NCBI RefSeq assembly: GCF_001194135.2
Contig: NC_069006.1
Coordinates: forward strand, 3,636,717 to 3,700,716
DNA from: Octopus bimaculoides
Taxonomy: Eukaryota
Direction: 5' to 3'
DNA length: 64,000 bases
Position 1 is the stretch's first letter. Each line of letters begins with the position of its first letter. Both the position numbers and the translations under genes were made by a program. The notes below the pieces were generated by a model, which worked only from the letters and a program-made list of their open reading frames with translations, made no database searches and had not been told where the DNA came from. Below are positions 60,227 through 64,000 of the stretch, one piece after another.

Positions 60227-61242
60227 CTACAAACAAAAGCATAAAAACGTTGTGCTTAGAGTTAAAAGCCTAATGGGTTTTTCTCTCTGGTTTTAAAACA
60301 CAAGTGAAATATCTTTAAAGAGGAAAAATTCCTAATGAATCCAGTAAAAACTGTAAATAATGAAAAATGAACCGTTAAGCATACAAAGCATCATAGAATT
60401 AATTGATTTTAATTACAAAGAAACCAGAAGAGTCTCTTGCTGATTGCACCAATAAGAACCCTACCATATTATACCACGACCCACCAGCATTTAGCAGTTT
60501 TAATCGTTAAAGAGAATTCACATTTTCCTCAAATTTAATCACAAAATACAAAATACGCAAATTTAGTATAATTTCAAATGTTAATTAAAGCGTAAATTGA
60601 AGCATAATTTATATTAAAATGTTAGCAGCTGAGTTAGAAACCAATGACAAAAAAAAATAATAATAAATAAAATGAAAAAAAAAAATGATGTTAAACTGTA
60701 TTTCAATAAATTTTGTGAATAAATCAAAAATAAGGGAAGAAGTTAAACTAATTTTAGGAAAGTGAATTCCCCAAAACAACCAGGCCAGTTTAATTAAATT
60801 ACAGCACCAGTACAGACTATAGTCTAAATGCCAGTATTCAATGTTTCGATATCAACAAATTTACAAGGATCTGTAATACATAAAGTTTGGGCCTCATTGC
60901 TTCAAAGAAACACAGAAATAAAGATATAAAATAGGAAAATGAAGAAAAATTTAAATAAGAGTTGAGCATCAGGTAAGTAACTATTACTTTTGGTAAGTAA
61001 CAATTACTTTTCAATGAATTTGGAATAAAGAGAGAAAGTGGTTGCAAGAGAGAAAAGATATTTTCAGGCACAGACTTGTTTTTTTTTTTTTATCTGTATG
61101 TCTTGCTCGGTGTGTATATTTTTAGCTTTTTCAATACTTAATCTATAATTCTATTCTATGCACAGATAAAAGGGAGTTCCTTAGTGACAGCCAGATAATC
61201 TTCTAAACAGAAATACTACATTATCTTGGCTGTAGATAACAT

Positions 61243-61423
61243 ACTATGAGCAATACTATGTGACAATCTGAGCAGTACTACGTAATAATATAAGCAGTAC
61301 TATATAACAGTATCAACTGCACAATGTAACAATCAGAGCAGTACTATATAATGATATGAGCACTACTATGTAATAATATCAGCAGTACTACATAATGCGA
61401 GCAGTAAGTACTATATAACAATC
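61243..61423. repeat. Degenerate minisatellite with an about 23-bp GAGCAGTACTATATAAT core
   Basis: AGCAGTACTA-like core repeated about 7 times. Confidence 0.7.
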
Positions 61424-63511
61424 AGAAAGCAAATAAACAATGAGATATATTTAGTAGCAAAAAATCTACTAGCTAACAGCTGAAGTACTCTACAACATAT
61501 AAAAGAAGATATATATATATATATATATANNNNNNNNNNNNNNNNNNNNNNNNNNNNNNNNNNNNNNNNNNNNNNNNNNNNNNNNNNNNNNNNNNNNNNN
61601 NNNNNNNNNNNNNNNNNNNNNNNNNNNNNNNNNNNNNNNNNNNNNNNNNNNNNNNTATATATGAACATATATGCAAAGAATATTTACATATAAAAAAGGC
61701 ATAGTTGAAAAACATTCTAGAAGATTCATTGGGAACTGAACTCAGGTAAGGATACCAGACAAACAGGTAACTCAGAGGTGGAGATGGAGGGGAAACAAGA
61801 ACAATTTAGTCTCCTTCATCAGTTTATTTTCAGATTAGATAAAACTTATGGGAAACCATTCAAATCAAATTTAAAGAAAAAATATCTTTCAGAAATCTAT
61901 AGATATCATAAATGTAAGCAACAAAGATATTTGTAGTTTAATTAAAAGAAAATAAAACCCACAAATATGTCTTTTATTTTACTTTTAAAATGCTATAGAA
62001 TACAAAATTTGTTTGAAGTTTTTTTCTTTTCCCTCTTAAAGTTTTTCTCTTTCTTAATGAACTTAAAATGTTAATTATTCTTAAGTTAATCAAGAGAAAG
62101 GGGAAAAAATACAGTAAAACAATACAAATGTTTCTCTATCAAGTGCTACTGACTGGGGAAAACAATAATAATTGTAACAAAAGGTAAACTGCAAGGAATC
62201 CATTGTTGTCCTCAAGTGTTTGGTAATATCATGCCACTGCCATTGTCGTTAAAGATTATGTAATATAAGAGCTTATCTAAGACATTTCTGTTAAAGGCAG
62301 GTCTTGAACATATATCTGTATATATTGAAGAGACAGAATGGCAGGCAAAGAAAGCAATCAGCAGAAAAGAGATGCTTGTAAAACACTTGAGCCTGGTGAC
62401 ACTTTGTGAAAAGTTGTTAATAAGAAAATAGCAGCTTGAGACTGAGATAGGGGTAGGGGAAAAGGGGAGAGCCATTCAGATCAGGGTTGGACAACGAAGT
62501 TTTTTTTTTTTTTTTTTTTTTNNNNNNNNNNNNNNNNNNNNNNNNNNNNNNNNNNNNNNNNNNNNNNNNNNNNNNNNNNNNNNNNNNNNNNNNNNNNNNN
62601 NNNNNNNNNNNNNNNNNNNNNNNNNNNNNNNNNNNNNNNNNNNNNNNNNNNNNNNNNNNNNNNNNNNNNNNNNNNNNNNNNNNNNNNNNNNNNNNNNNNN
62701 NNNNNNNNNNNNNNNNNNNNNNNNNNNNNNNNNNNNNNNNNNNNNNNNNNNNNNNNNNNNNNNNNNNNNNNNNNNNNNNNNNNNNNNNNNNNNNNNNNNN
62801 NNNNNNNNNNNNNNNNNNNNNNNNNNNNNNNNNNNNNNNNNNNNNNNNNNNNNNNNNNNNNNNNNNNNNNNNNNNNNNNNNNTATATATACATACATGTG
62901 TGTGTATATATATGTGTGTATGCATCATATATGCCTGTAAGTATGAGTGTGTACGCATATTAAAATTTTTCAGTGCAAGTTAAGTTATATACATATATAT
63001 ATACAGATATATATATGTAATGTATATATACATACATACACACACACACGCACATATATACATATACACATATACGTATACATATATACACGTATATAAG
63101 TATACACATATATATGTATAACATATATAATATATATACACACACACATATATATACACATATATAGATATATATATATATATAGATATATATATATATA
63201 TTTATTGTTCATTCACATATACCTCCAACTAAATAAGGACACAAAATTGATATTAACTTACATTGAGATGTCCATCAAGTCTAAAGTCACCAGTCTACAA
63301 AGATCCATCAAAGGGAAAAAATGCTAACTCTCAGAAATCGTAGTAAGGTTTAATGAGATTAATCAAGATATTAGCAAATATCAGTGAACAAAGTTGTAGT
63401 GGGAGGAGGGTGAAAAGGGAGAGGGGTAGGGAGAAGGGGACAATTTTTTTTTTTTTAGCGCAACGGAGTAAGGACTCAAAGTGGGGGGTATCCCATACGG
63501 CAAGAGAAGCA

Positions 63512-63555
<44 letters not shown>

Positions 63556-64000
63556 TTATAATAATAAAAAGAAAGAAGAAAAGAGTTTATTTGGGGAATT
63601 TTGTTTTACAGTAAAACAATAATTTTCGTTTCTACATTAATACCCTCAGAATGGAAGTAGTAAGGGCAAATAGGAGAGGGAAAAGATTTTAAAACATACA
63701 AAATAAAAAAAAATTGTGGTACTTATTTTATCAACCCAAGACAAGGTTTAAAGGGAATCCCTTCACCCAATCCCACAAAAAGACTAACACTCAAACTACA
63801 GAACAAGTGACAAGATATTGGCACTGTAAGCATTTGGTAAACATGCCACTCTAAAACCAGATGCCACATGGATCACCTAAGTAAGTGCACAACATTTTCA
63901 AATGTTTTTTTATTAAACATTTTTTATCATGAAATTATATAGATTAATTATTTTCTTCAGTTAAAAAAGAAATTTGATTTCATTTTGAAAACCTTAGGTG

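Noticed and set aside
2031-62963. Long ORFs in the track composed mostly of X
   Set aside because: They are artefacts of translating through N gaps and flanking (AT)n/(AC)n microsatellites.
60227-64000. Upstream SPEN RRM exons (e.g. ORF 62212..62475)
   Set aside because: No frame I translated resembles an RRM or has matching splice sites. The exons lie beyond the window or inside gaps.

Overview
AT-rich, microsatellite- and SINE-dense animal scaffold with many N gaps. The repeat repertoire looks like an octopod cephalopod (Octopus-like); this is an inference from recalled repeat families, not a database result. Two protein genes are supported. (1) The 3' part of a split ends/SPEN (SHARP/MINT) gene on the minus strand, with nine GT-AG exons that I spliced by hand into one open frame: 60042-60226, 44080-57098, 41669-42870, 41063-41201, 39289-39923, 35974-36738, 34270-34473, 33203-33361 and 32039-32167. 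These give 16,437 nt, or 5,478 aa from the end of the last RRM to the SPOC domain, and include a 13,019-bp exon. (2) An intronless, diverged TFIIA large-subunit (alpha/beta) gene at 10495-12348 (+). Mobile DNA includes an L1/Tx1-type RT fragment, RTE LINE relics, a mariner derivative with very long inverted arms, Tc1/mariner, hAT and piggyBac MITEs, and several tRNA-derived SINE families. The most unusual signal is a Penelope-like GIY-YIG relic flanked by inverted copies of a repeat that has a tRNA-like Pol III head and a minimal type I hammerhead ribozyme tail. A solo copy of that repeat lies 14 kb away, and a second, unrelated hammerhead motif is preserved as a head-to-head fold-back. No CRISPR array, rRNA or intact tRNA gene was seen. 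Repeat boundaries are approximate unless a TIR or TSD is quoted.
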